This document shows positions 29,332 through 43,700 of a stretch of 64,000 bases of DNA, in pieces (positions within the stretch are counted from its first letter, which is position 1; each line of letters starts with the position of its first letter). The position numbers and the translations under genes are program-made. The DNA is from Phoronis australis. Taxonomy: Eukaryota; Animalia; Phoronida. The notes below the pieces were generated by a model. The model made no database searches and was not told the DNA's origin. It saw only the letters and a program-made list of their open reading frames with translations. The stretch covers positions 3,948,102 through 4,012,101 of the forward strand of contig NMRA01000001.1 of the NCBI GenBank assembly GCA_002633005.1. Direction: 5' to 3'.

Positions 29332-32300
29332 TTAAATGGAAGACTTGGGCGCCACATGACACACTGCGTCTGCAAATTCTACGACCGCTCTATCAATCCA
29401 TGTGTCTTTGTTTGGAATGATGATGCCACCTTCAAAGAATCCAAGATGGCCGCCATGCTTTGTCAAAACGTGCATGAAATTCTCTTTACTTCCTACAATT
29501 ACCACAAAGACACATGCCAATTAATATTTGGCTTCAAAGTGTTGAGTGTTCTGTAAGTGCTTAAGCTATCTTTAAACGAGTCAAAAACAACAGATTTTTA
29601 AAGGTTTATCACCTTTTAACAACAACAGTTTATGACAAATTCCCCTTCTTAAATGTTTGTGCAAATTAACAAAAAATGGCTTGAAAAGTTTTCACTGTTG
29701 TCTGAAAATTTAAACTTCTGTTTCTATTCATGAATCAGTTTTGTACAATGCATTTACTTAACACATAAGCATGACATATTGGCATAAATTTATCTCGTTC
29801 TAACACAAAAATACTTTGTCTCATCGTTGGTGAAACACTCTTCATGTGAACCAACCCAACCATCAATGATCAAGTGGTAAGAGCGTCAGAAATAAAAAAG
29901 CCTCAATTCGCCACGTCTGCAGGGAACTGTGTCTCATATTTTTGATCTACCCTTAAGCAAAATAGATATATGTCCTAGAAATTCTTTGTTAAAACTACGT
30001 CACTAGTCTTCATTTTTGACATTCGATATCTTCATCGTTTAAAAGTGAATAAAAATTCCCAGACAGGACCACCCCATGCCTTGGACACAGATGATAACAA
30101 CATGACTGCAAGTTTAATGCGATTCAACCATCGTGGCAAAGAACAATCAATGTTCAAATCTGACAATAACATCGAAAATAGAAAGACCTGAAAACAGCCA
30201 ATAAAAGTTTGCCAAGTAGTTGAGATCGACTCGGATATTCAGCGCATTAACAATGCGTTAATATAAATGTTATGGGTCACAAAAATGATAAATTTTGTAC
30301 AACATTCTACGAAGGTTGCCAATGTTACCTTAACCAGGCATTCTGTCATAATGTGAGAAACTGTGACCCCAACTTACTTGCATATGATTGGCCTAATTGA
30401 GTCATCTCTGAACCAACCAAAGGATCATCAGCAGCATTCAGAAGCAACATCGGAATATCAATCTAAAAGCATAAATATATTGCACTAATGAGAATACTCC
30501 AACAGACCACCCGGATATAGATACATGGGCTTGTAACTGGGAAGATCAGGAAAACGTGTGTACGCTTATACATAATAGGGCTTGTATTGGACAGTTGTGG
30601 TCAAGTCCAGACTAACTGATGACATGGAACACAAACTAAGCTTTGCATAACACACCAATCACAGAGAAGGAGAAATGGAGAGGTGTCATCATATCTTCAA
30701 AAGAAACACGATTTTAATATTCATCGTTCTAATGTTTTTAGTAAAGTTTTGCTGTAGGGCCGAAACTTAAACATAAAGCTGGGTGGGGCACAATATCGCA
30801 TTATTTTCTTATCTGTCTCAGCTTGGAAACATTTGGTAGCCTAATCTTTTAAAAACTAGGCCAATCACAAAATGGGTTTTTCTATCTGGGCAAACGAAGG
30901 GCGTAGGGTAGGGGGATGTTACTAAAAAGTGACAAATCTTGAAAAACTGAAAAAAAAGAAAACTCCACTCAGGGACACAGTGCCAGGCAGATGTATTTGA
31001 AAGGTGAAGGTTATGCGATGCTTCAGCGAGTTTGTAGATAAAGAGGGAGATGCCAGTTGGACAAGAGTATCTTTTAAGGCAGCAGTAATAAATGTACAAC
31101 CAAGTGTGAAAATAACACCAAAACAGCAGCGAGCAGCTTGTACTTACCTTATGTATGTGATGACTACAACTGCACCAACGGTACAGCTCTTGCACTGTAT
31201 TACACTTTTGTTGACGCCTACCATGGAAAATGTTGTAATAATTAAATTGTGGTCGGTAACATTGGACTTATTTGTTATCATAGTGACATGGAAAAGTTTC
31301 AACTAGATGTAAGATAGGTGTCAACCTTCATGGCAATTTAGTTTAATAGAATGTAAAATTCACATTGTATAACATACATTATATCTAGTTCAGAATAATG
31401 TAACTAAGCTAGAGGTTTGTTTAAATAGACCAATAGATTTTAGAAATGAAGTTAGGACGGCTTAAGCAACTACTTCTTAAACACTTAACAAGTATAGGAG
31501 AGTCAACTTACTTAGTATATGCATCATCAATATCCCACAAATAGCGAGCTTTGAGAAGTCTTGTAACCTCATCATTGGACATCAGTAGCGCCTCCCGGTG
31601 GTTGTAGATAATCCTCTTCATACGTTGTCCAACCACAAAGTAGTAAAATTTTGACAAATTGGTCCAGGAGTCCATGCTGTCTAGGGCTCTGTCATAGAAA
31701 TTAAGGTTAATAGTAGCACCTTACTCACTAGTATATTTAGCCAAATATATAAAAAAGTAAATATTTTGACAGTTAAAGTATACATTTTCTGAAAACAGAA
31801 AACCTGTGGAATTTGATATTTGGCTGTTTACTGATTTGCCAATAATTGGGTCACATGACCACATATTTTTTAAATTTAGAAAAAAAGAAAGGCACATTGA
31901 TTGCAAAATTACATTATGAAAAACAAAACAAGTTTAAATTTAATTTGTTTTAAATCTTCAAGATGAGATCTCAAAAATGTCATCACTGCTTTCTAAAATA
32001 TCATTTCGTTTTGCGCAATTTTAGGTTTCTTTCATCAAAATCATAAATGTCCTACTTTGATAACCCCTCAAACAAAAGTGGAACATTTTGAAAACAATTC
32101 CTAACAGTGTTTTGGAGAGCAGTGCATAATGTCTTGTATGTGAAAGTTTCTGATATATGATGTTCCAAAGTCAGAAAAATTTCTAGGGTCAATCCAGATG
32201 CATGCACAACACAATGCAATGTGCAGAAAGAACTATGAATGGTGTTAAGGACAGGTGTTGCTACATCTGCCTACCCCTTAGTTACAGCAAAGTGCTATAA

Positions 32301-35300
32301 GGGGATGGAAAATTCCTCCAAAACTATGAAATAGATGACTATAAACTTTCCAAGAACAGATCGCATAATTAGCAGCTACAGTTGACATTATTTGTTGCCA
32401 TCCGATCAGGAAACTAATTTTGACATAGATTACTTTCCGCTATAAAATTTTTCTCAAATTTTTCTCTACTCAAACGAGGAAATTTCTGGGCGACAGAAGA
32501 ATCGACAGTTGATAGTGATTGACACTACACTCTATGCACAACATGACGCACCGTGACAAGCCAACTGATCTCAAACAGTAATGAAATGTCAGCTCCTGCC
32601 AAGACAAGGAATCATCTACAAATTCAAAACGATTCTGACCAAGGATCCAAGTTTGAAGTGTCAGACATGAAATGAGGTATGTATGATGTCGTAACTTTAG
32701 AATATCATAAAACGATGTATGTGGATCTTATCCTGAATGTTTCATATCAGGACCAAGATGATTAGATTATTCAAAATTGGGCAAGATAATTACAACGGCC
32801 CCTAGATCTTTAGAACCAGATTGATTCCCCTAATTCAGTAGAAAACACTGGTTCTCAAAATGCCCTTAAGTTACTTACTACATAAAATTATGAAAAATTT
32901 CAAAATTAGTTCAAGCTGCAAAAAGAATTAATATGTTGTTGTTCAGACTTTGGTGAAAGTCAATAATTGTGTCTGTGCAGCACAGCACAATGATCCTTTT
33001 TATAACCACAGACATTAATAGGATGTTAAGAACTTCTCAACCCATTTCAACGGCTTGAAAAAATTTGCACATGTTACTACTTTGCATGCCTACCTTTCTG
33101 CATCATAGCCCTGACAGAGAGAGATGCCACACAAGAAGCCCTCCCTGTGTTCTGCCAACTCTCCAAGATATTTGGTGATAATGTTGGCCCCCATGCTAAA
33201 CCCCACAGCAATAAGTTGAGTTGACGGAAACATCTCTTTGATCTTTTCCACCATGGCAGCGTACTCCTCTGTGTCCCCTGATGAGACAATAAAACTGCAT
33301 GCCATTTCATATTATTTCACCACACAATTGTCCACAGTACCAGTATACATCGGTGCATATTTCTTATCCCTCACAATACAACCCTTCGCCCAAGTTGAGT
33401 AATACCCAAACATACCACTTATTCCCATAATTCAAAACGAACTATCCAACCAATCCCATTTCCGCATCGGCAATCTTCAATTATCTCGGTGAAGTTGCAT
33501 TCACTTCACAACTAACGAGGCCATGCATGACAGAGCGACCTTGCATAGCTCTACCAAACACGCATTAGCCAATGGATTCAACTTGAATTTAAAGCCACAT
33601 AACACCATTATGGTACAGATTCGCCAGTTAAGATAATGTCACCATGATTGGAATTGACCCACACACTGCATTCATGTCCTGCTTTTATTCAACGCTGCTG
33701 TGCTGACCACTAATTTACATCTCAACATTTCTCGTTATTTCACCAATGAAATTGTCATTCTGCTTGGTGAGGAGCAATGCAGACACCAAGAAATATGACA
33801 ATAAGAACAACTATTTATGAGTGTAAGGTGTATTACTCTTTACTCATCTGCCTCGGTGTATGCAATGTCTCATGCTCGAAAAAAGTCCGTCACATAATGT
33901 GGTTTTCTACCTCCCAAAAGAGGAAAGTTCATTATAGAGACAGTGCTACATATCAAATTTTCTTGAACTAATTAGGCATGCTATTGTTTCCTGTTACCAT
34001 GAGTTTATGTGGCTTGCCTATTAATAGTACTGGGTTATCCATTAAAATCAAGGAACCCACTTTGCAGTCACAGTGCCCCTGAACAGAAGAAGTCCACTTA
34101 GTTCAAAAACTCATGGGTGTCAATCTCTCCTCAACAAAACATGCATGGCGAATTAAGTTCCTTTAACTGTTTGGTGCCAGCATATTCCTACCACATACAT
34201 TTGTGTAAACCTTGTCACGCTCTTTCGCTCATTCTTGATAGGCGTGGAATTTCTTGTTGAAAAATAAAATTGCATGCCACGATATCTGAATCTAAAGGTA
34301 AAATGCCACTACATTTCCACCATAGGTAATTCTGTGTCGGATTTTGTCATAATTTGTCGAGTGGCTTTTGTGATCATCAACAGACAAGCAAAGGAAATGG
34401 CAAACGGATGGACACTGGATGGTGCACTGACACGATGCTAACTATATGCGACTGAAAAATGAGCTTAACAAAGAAATTCAGCTCCAACAATATGTATAAA
34501 CTTTTTTCTTCAATAAGGGCTGTTCCAGTAAAATCTGTATGGGAGGGGGGAAGGCACCTTTTTTGCACCCACCACCCATATTTTTCATTTATTTCTTCAG
34601 CCTACCACCAGTAATTTTTTATAAGTTTGAAATGCAACCACCCGTATTTTTTTTTTGTTCTTGTGGTTGACTGCACAGGTGCTCGAGTTTATCTGTTCCT
34701 CCATCATCACTAACGTCATTCATTACTAAGAAAACATATGTTTCTTATATATGGTTATTAGCCATCGAGAAATTCGAGCACCTGTGGTTCACTGGTGTTA
34801 TGGGCATGCCGATGAGGAGATCGGAGGGAATGAAAAAGTCGGAGCTTTTTGCAAGTTGCATTTTTGTTTCAGTTTTTGATTCTGTGCGGATTGTTTATAA
34901 AATTTACTAAAATTACCCACCATCAAACATTTGTGGCCCAATGAAACAACAACGACCTGTAAATTTATATTTTTTTGAAGTACGACCACCAGCCATTTTA
35001 ATTTAAATCAAACGCAACCACCCATAAATTTTTATTTCAGTTGCCTTCCCCCCTCCCACACAGATTTTGCTGGAACAGCCCTAAGAATGTTTGATTCTCA
35101 TGAACAGCTAAGTCAACAATAAATGATGCGACCGGCATCACAACACATTTCACATTTCAATCTATACTAAACATGACCTTAAAAACTGAACTATAGATTT
35201 CTCAACATTCTAAATAGTCAAAATTATACATAATGCACAACTCACTATTCAACCAATTTTGCAAATCGGAAAACTTGCCTTCAAAGTACAATATTTTGGA

Positions 35301-38300
35301 TATTATTCCTGTTTTATTACTGAAAATGTGCAAATTCAGGGTCATAGGTGAAGCTGCTTCAATGTCTGAAATTAAGAGAAGGTGCTTACATGCCAAACAC
35401 TTGATCAAAAACCAAGAAGGGACTTTTTAAAAAGTACAAAAATGGACAAAAGACAAGAAAAACAATGGGTAATTGCACATTCAATAAAACAAAAACACTT
35501 AGTTAAAAATCATTTTTGAAAAAACACGGTCCTTAACTCACACGAAGGCGTACACATGCGTATATGGTATGAATACAGTCAGGAATACATTTCACTCACC
35601 ATAGCTAAATATTCTGGGTGTAATGAGCTTTTCATCTGGCAAGACTCCCAAATGATTGAGGACTGCTACTCTGTATCCATGCTTGTGGGCCAACTTGGCA
35701 AATGTCCTGAGATAGACGGACTCACTGGTATTGGCAATGCCTGGACAGACGACCATGGTGACATCTCCTGATTGGCAAGAGTAGTAAATGAGACACCACT
35801 GCCACTGAAATAGTAGTCTATTCTAAATTCTCAAACAGGTGAACTAATTTTAATGTTTTTCCAACAAAACCATGACTCAAGTTACCCCGACCAAGGACTG
35901 ACTGCAGTAAAATCTCAGAATTTAAGAATAATTACCAAAATTGATTGTTTTCATTTTTCAGAGCTTTTTATCATTGTCAATACCCGCAGTTTCTCAGAAC
36001 ATTATCCGATGGTTGGTGGTATTTCTCCATCATGAAAAAATGAGGAAATAAAGTTTCACTTGCTTGTCATATTGTGTCCTAAATTGGTGAGATTTTACTG
36101 TACAGTTTTGAGTATTTTGGCACTGTACTGTGGAACTAACCAGGACACATAAAGAGTATGTATCAACAGACTGCATGCTTTCAAATCAAATTCAGAAAAG
36201 ACCAATAAATAGAAAGTCCGTTTTTGGTCTTTGTTTTTAAGACATAAATAAATTAAGTTGGGTATTGATGTAGGTGAGCATACACACCACGCTTTCGCCA
36301 CCAATTATGGATACAATTGGGATAAGTTTTGCTTGAGAGCATCCCGATATAACTGGAAAATATCATTTCACATATGCTGGTAAGTCGCACCGCACCGTCT
36401 GGTTTTCGAATCGAAAGCATGCAATCTTCAATTTGGCATTGCTTAGGGACATTACATTGTAGAAAATATCAACGTAGATTTTGGTTCAATCTTAAGCATA
36501 ATCCATAACAGATTAACTTTCGGTCTTAGCTAAGGTTGATTTTGGTCTAAATTTTTGGTTTCAAGAAATTTCGTGAAATGGGGCTAGACATTTTGTTCTT
36601 CAGTTAGCTCGATTTCCGTCTAAGTTAAGACAGAAGTTTAATGAAATGGGCCACAGGTCTCAAGCAATAACAAACTGTCAAAAAGCCCAGAAATCTCATC
36701 TATTTTTACTAATGTTCATTATGAGACCAAGTACATAACAGTGAGTGGTCTAAATTAAAAGATGGTTTTTACGAAAGGACATGGCTTAATTACGGTCACT
36801 TAAAAGCAGCTCTTCAGGAAATGGAATCCTATCAAGATAAGGAATATTATGAGTAAAAGGACCGATTTTTGTTTTTTAGCCTGCTACACAGGGTGAAACA
36901 TAGCTTAGTAATTTTTTTCACTTTCAAATTGGTAATTTTGACTTGACCTGATGATAACGGCACACAACTTTAAATTCGATACGTAAACAGGCACAGGCAG
37001 TGTCGAGCCAGCGTGCAACACAAACACAATATGGTATAAAGGAACAGACATACTCTCTGAAGGTATGTGAGATTTGAAGAGGTCAAATGTGATAGGTGTT
37101 CCATCTTTAAGTGATGTAGTCTCATGACGTTCGGATGGCACTGCAGTGTGAATTCTACCCAACAGTCCATACAGTAAGGTCTGAAGGTGACCGCTTTTTC
37201 CGAATGCCATTGTTGGCACATACCTACAACAAAACAAAAGAGATTAGTCTGAACCAGGCAAAGCTAAAAGTATTTTGTTTAATAGAAAGAAGACATGATG
37301 TGGATTCTTTACCAATAGCATATTAATAGGAAGTGCAGAGATGTGCCACCAAGTTAGTTCTGTATTTCCCCCAAGAGTTACTTCAAGCAAGGTGAATCTT
37401 TTCAAGGTGTGCCTCAGGTAATGCATTGTGAACTTGCTGCTTAGGTTTTATAGTCGGCCAATTTTTTAAGCCAAAGTAGAAGATACCACACCTCAGTTCT
37501 TATTAGAAAGTCGCATTGGTGGATGAACATCTTTGCATTTGTAAGTTGACGTTGTGATCTCAGATATCAACAGCGAGAGAACATGGAAACCGGGCAATAC
37601 ACGTAGTGTAAAATGCTGCACAATGAAAGGTGGATCTCAATGGTTACACTGACCCAACATATGAAGGGTAAAATGGCACTTTTCCACCTGAGAGAGCAAG
37701 GGCCTTGAAACGTCAAGTTGCCCCCATTGTTTGCTCAGGCCAGGTAGAAGATGAGACTTTTTTTTCTGTTGTAGGTAACCGATTCTTGCCATTCAAACAA
37801 CAAAAAAGTTCAATTTTCAGTGACTGATTTTAGGTTTCTTTAGTCTGTAGTGACTAAAATGCACGGCAAAGACTTATCATGTTGACATGACCAGGCAGTG
37901 GTTATCACTGACACACATCTCCGTTCTCCAACCCCCTGCAAAAGAAGTTGTTCCTAAAAGTCCAGGCGGTGTTGATAGTCCCTACTGTAAACCCAACCAG
38001 TAAGAAGCATTCATAGCTGCTGGTTGTGAAATGAGATGTATCGCCTAATGAAGCAGCAGATATAGCAGACGATTGCGAAGCTTATACATTTTGGAAAAGC
38101 CACAGATTTGATTGGACCAAAAATGTAGACATATATATCATATTTTAACGAAAATGATTGCTATTTCTTTAACTAAATTATTACCAGTCAGCAAGCTACA
38201 CCGACAACTAGAAGTATACTTTTAAAGACATTAGCAATTACAGGGTCAGGCCCATTCAGGATACACATGCAACTTTGCAAGCTGGGTGAGTTATTTTGTA

Positions 38301-38943
38301 GTTTGTAAATGTTTAGCCTCTCGATTGATTTTGTCTCAGGAGACACCATGTAACAGCTCAGGAAATTATACTATAATTATATTATATTGTGTGAGCCAGC
38401 CCTGTGCCTACTAGTATGGCACAAAACAAAAGTTGTTTGTTAGTTCATTCATTCAAGCACCAGTGGTCATACAGATGAATGTATTAGTAATTGCCAAGTC
38501 CAATTCCTCCAACCAGTAATTGAACCTGGACCATCCAGGTACCCAACATCCGCAGGCGTCCTCAGCTTCTGATCATACAGTGTAATGGAGAAGATCACAA
38601 GCTGAAGACGTCTGTGCCCAACATCAGTCATCAACAGCTGCTAGCAATCAACCACCATTGACAATCGGGCATTTATCCGCTATGAGCATTGAATATCTAC
38701 TCGGTCAGGTCAATATGCACTGCTGCATACAAGGTTACTTCGTCGTTCTTTTAATACTGAAACTCGTTTTCTATGGCACAAAAATACTAACGGCTCGTGG
38801 AGAGACGGACATCGTTTGTAGATTTCTTCAACCACCTTACATCCCTCGCGAAATATCACAGTGGGTTTCTCAGAATAATCCGTCAAACAAAGCAACCGAA
38901 CAATGATATATGATAAAATGGCAAGAAATAGTGCATAGAACAT
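29332..38943 (-). CDS. ABHD2: ABHD2-like alpha/beta hydrolase (monoacylglycerol lipase), 388 aa, 8 exons
   Basis: Exons 38943-38792, 37223-37054, 35767-35600, 33277-33094, 31688-31512, 31217-31148, 30462-30378 and 29492-29332 total 1167 nt. N-terminal membrane anchor, GKSGHLQT, CPGIANTSESVYLRTF, nucleophile motif GFSMG, NAADDPLV (catalytic Asp) and HGGHLGFFEGG (catalytic His). Confidence 0.93.
34517..35081. mobile_element. PIF/Harbinger-type MITE in an ABHD2 intron
   Basis: TIRs gggctgttccagtaaaatctgtatgggagggggg / ccccctcccacacagattttgctggaacagccc with 3-bp TAA TSD on both sides. Confidence 0.88.
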
Positions 38944-39191
38944 TTCTTCAGTTGTTCACATAAGCAGAAAAGCTGAAGTTCAGCTCGTCAGCTTGTAAAA
39001 TTCAGCGACAGCCTGCCGAAGTCGACTGAGCGAGGATTAAAGAGAGGAAACTCAAGGCGACCTCCATTGGAAACTTTGTGACGTGTTACTAAGAGCGTCA
39101 CCTGCTGGCAGCAGTGAATAATACCATGGATTAAATACTATTTAATCTATGATAACACGCCCGATTCCATAAAATCAAACGCGAATTTAAA

Positions 39192-39505
39192 TACCGTATC
39201 CTGCCATGTAAACGCCCACTGCTCATTAAGTTCGTTAAGTGTGCAGGGTTGCTTGTTAACCTAGGAACCAGTTTTAACGCCCAACCTGGACAACCTCCAG
39301 TGGCACGATGAAAATTTTGTTAAATGTTTTCAAAATGTCGCATTTTCGGCATTTCTTGAAAAATAAGTCGGAAAAGTAAGTAAGTCTACTTTAGCGGTAA
39401 ATAGACAGATCAACATCAAAATACGAAGTTATCCAGGACAGTAGGTTCATAACAACCCTTATTCGTATGGTGTGAGGGCGTTTGCACGGTCAGGTGCCGG
39501 TCGTA
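39192..39505. mobile_element. Degenerate Tc1/mariner-like MITE upstream of ABHD2
   Basis: taccgtatcctgccatgtaaacgccc pairs imperfectly with gggcgtttgcacggtcaggtgccggt. Confidence 0.5.
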
Positions 39506-40783
39506 GGCCTATACTTGATTAGTTGTGGTCACTTGCACGAACATATATAAACACCCATTCCCAACTTTCTGCATTGTGGAAAACTTGAAACAAGATGAAA
39601 TGTCAAATAAGTATTGCGTTTCTCTAAACAACCATCTTTTAATTTTTTTCATGAAAATCATGAATATAAGTACTATTTTGATAGCCCCTCTTGCAAAACA
39701 GACTAAAAACAATTCCTAACATTGTGTAAAGTATAGTTGCATAAATTTTTGTTATCAAAATACGAAAACAAAGTGACGATGGTTGTCAATTGTGAGGCAT
39801 GAGAATTTGGATTTTTTAGTGAAATGGCGGAGATGAAAAGAAAATACTTACACAGTTAATCCTGATGGTTTGCTTCGATGTTCACGTTGGTATCGGAAAT
39901 ATAACCCCCACGATAAGGAATCTTATGAGGCCGGTTTTCATTTTTTAACCAATCCAACGGCATTAGCTAGAACTCGATTTTTAATAGCACAACAACAAAT
40001 TTTCAAAAATTGTCTTTGGTGCCCGCCCGTCTCTCTTGCGGAAAATTGTGATAGATTTTTTAGGGTACATAGGAAAAAGAACTTCGGTCGGTCGTTTTTG
40101 GTTGTTTCAGAATGTTCAGGGTAATTTTCTTTCATGCATTAAATCCCCGTAACTAAGTAACCAGTGAATCCGTGAGTACGTATACAGGGATTGATTGGGG
40201 CAAAGTGGTGCAATACATTTGCCTTGACGACAAACTGAGCGGTGATCAAGCGGAGACAGAATGAGGTGAAATTGAACCTCAACTATATGTAGGTCATTTA
40301 TGGGACACGTGAGTGATGACATGCCTGAGTGGCGTCTGCAATTTTATAAAGAAGAAAGCCAATCTTGTTCTGACGCCCCCATTTGAAACATTTAGTTTTG
40401 CCCCTTCGCACACAACATATGCTTACAGACAAACACGAAAGTACAATGTCCCAGTGTCATTTTTAGAATGACTTAAAGTGCGCCAGGCATGCTCTCAAGG
40501 CCGAATAACGAACTCAAAGATGGCTTAATTCTCGATCGTCTAAGTAAAGAACAAGTTGAGATCAATTTTAAAACAGCAACTGATCTGAGTCAAAAGTGGA
40601 TCGCTAGTTTATAAACGAGAAACAATTGAGGTTTAACCTGTACTCACGCTAGCGAATTCAAAGGCTTATATACAGCGGTTTATTGTAAACTCGGTATTAG
40701 GTCTCCGTCTCTTCGATCACACGGTGTAGTAGATTGGTCAACGTAGACACGTACGCACATTTGGAAGTAATAAAACGGACAGC

Positions 40784-43700
40784 ATGATTTCCAAAGTTAC
40801 GCCCAAAAGACCTGTAAGTATTCTTCTTTACAAAACTTAGAACCAGCTTTTGCATACTCATCTGCTGTTGATTTAAAATAGCAGTAACGCCGACAATTTC
40901 TCACGTCTACGTGAACTTTGTAAATATAACAATAAAATAATCTTCAACATCAATCGTTTCGAACACAAAAACTAGAAACAATTTCCAAGATTATTCCGTT
41001 ACTGTATTTATTCTTCGTTTAGTTTTATGCAAAAATGCGGAGATTCCCGCCAAGTACTTAATCATTGTTTGGTAAACTTATACATCATCAAACACTCGAC
41101 GTTCTATTGTATGTGCGGTCCTTTTTCATCAGTTATTGTACTTGGTATGTAAATAAATGTGGTATGGTGCATGGAACACATTTTTGGAACCAGTTAGCAG
41201 TGAGCGGAACAGAGATAGGAAAAAATACACCTGCTTCAATAACTTCACCAACAAACTTGGAATATACATGGCATTCAGTCCTTCACGAGAGAGCCCCTGA
41301 ACGCTTTCAACGAGCGTTGAGATGCATATCCAAAGACCACGCCATATAGGCTTCTTTTCATCGAAATTACACGGAAATCGTAAAGGAGTTTCAAAAACAC
41401 AAATTGTGTACTTGTTTATCATAATATGCACGTTCTTGAGAAATTATCACCCCGAAACTATTAGAGGAGTTGTCGAAGTACTTTGATAACTTAAAGCTAC
41501 CTTTTGCCCCTATTTAGCTGTCAATGTTGAATTCTTAACCGAAGCGATTTTAGGTATAACAACATTATCGCGCTCACCCTGAATTACTGTCGAATGAGCA
41601 CTGAGACAACCCAGGTCACAGATAACAGGTAAATGAGCCATTTTCGAATCCGCAATTTTTACTACTGGCCAACCTTAATAAACTCTGAATCGTTTTTTTC
41701 TGTCGCTGAAAGTTTCAGTGTTCTTGTTGGAAACGGAAATAGCATCCTATCAAGGTAACGAATATTATGAGACTGAAGTTCTGAGATTTTTTAGTCACAT
41801 AAACATGGCGAAATGCAGCTTTAAGTGAATTCTCTACGCACAGAAGCACATAATTATGCATTAGTTAAAGTCACTATGAACAATGTTCTAGTGTCAAACT
41901 CAGCTCTCTTCTCAGGGTATTTGCATTACCAAACCAAAGTCATCGCGTCCTTACTTTTCGATTTAATTGATATTGTTGCCATAAATCGCATGACTTCCGG
42001 CCCCCAGGTAAGCCCTAGGCGACTATAAAAGTAATTGCAGCGATCTGGTACACGTTGCACCAGACGTGCGCAAGCCGCTAATGTGGGCTCATTGCACTGA
42101 TCACTTGGAAGCACTTCTAAGTTTTGTGATTTATTAATACGTTGATAAAACCAAGCTGAGGAGCTGTAGACCTGACTCAAGGGTCTGGCAGTGTGTCCCA
42201 GTGGGACTCGAACCCACGACCTTGAGTAGAGGAAGCAGAGAGTTATCCCTGCCTCTTACTTTAGCGACTAACCCGCCGACTTGAAATTTTCGGAAGAAAA
42301 AACAACCTGTAAGTTGTTCTTAAGTATAGAAATCATTTTTGATCTGTGTGAGGAAAAATAAGATGCCGATTTTATAATGGTGAATGACTTAAATCATATT
42401 TTTTTACAGAAACCAAGGGTTTACTTTCCGTTTAACTTGCACATATAAGTGTATTTTCAGTACATACATACATAGCAGAAATATAAAGTAATTAACGCAG
42501 TGTGAACATCTATTGAATTTTGCATTCAGTCAATTTTTGATGTGGAAACCCGATTGGCAATGGAGCAGTCTTTTTCTTTTTGGGATTTGGCTTTATTGGA
42601 AGGGCTTGTGCTTTTTGATTTTGTAAATATATACTCCAGGCAATAAACCTGCTGGTGTGTTCTCTCGGGTAGCGATTGTAAGTGTTTTGTTGTGCTACCT
42701 GTCAACATGAACTAGATTGTAAAATGCACCCGATAACATGATAAAATATATACGTGACTGTGTTATCACCCGAAGTGTCCAGTCGAAGTCCATGCCCCGC
42801 AAGTCACAAACGTGATTATGTTTTACTAGAGCGCATGCGTTATTATAAACGCGTACCTTAATGGTGAAATAATATTCATTTGATAAATATAATTACTCTT
42901 TACTGGAATACCCTTTAGTTAAGTCTACTGTGCGCAGTGGAGTTGGGAATACGGATAGAAAACTCATAAGAAATTTTCTAGGGTAATTTTTTGTAGCGAC
43001 ACGGTTCGTTAAGCTACTATGACTGATAAGTTGCATGTTCGTGTTACGCAGGATCATGAACAAGCGGTCAAACAACTCGCTTGGGTGAACGAAAAGTCTG
43101 CGGATAGGTCCAAAATCAGCGTGGATCCACCTTTACCGACACCAAAGGAAGGGGCAACGTTCCGGAATAGATGCGTGACCTTCACGAAGCTCTTCGTCTG
43201 CTTTGTTACCGGAATTGTATTTGGGATATGCGCAGAAAAATCAAGAGGTAAATTTTGGCCAATATTGTAAAGGGCCTACTATACAAATATTTTTATTAGT
43301 AAACACAAACATTGAATACTTGCACTAGCATACAGATTATAAACAATTTGATGCAAAAAAAATCCCCCGGGCAAGTTTGTCCTGAAAAGACTTTTAAATG
43401 GCTATTGGTATCCAGTCTAGTAAAATTCTAAGTGAGGAAGAATGGCCCCAAATGTTCTTTAGAAACCTTTGTTCGAACTAGTTTAAGTTAACCAACGATT
43501 TTTCAGGGTTATAGGCTAACCTCGGCCTATAGAAGTTTTGTTTGTTAAAAAATAATTCCAGAATAGGACAAGCAAGTGAAGCTAACGGCGCCAGAACAAA
43601 TCGTGTAGTGTGCCTCTCAGTCACGAAGGTTGTAGACCTATGCCGTATTTTACACAAAAACTAACGCCAGTACATTTTTTTTAAATGCATACGTTACGGT

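Noticed and set aside
42191-42290. tRNA gene
   Set aside because: Only a T-arm / B-box is present; no acceptor stem, D arm or anticodon arm can be built.
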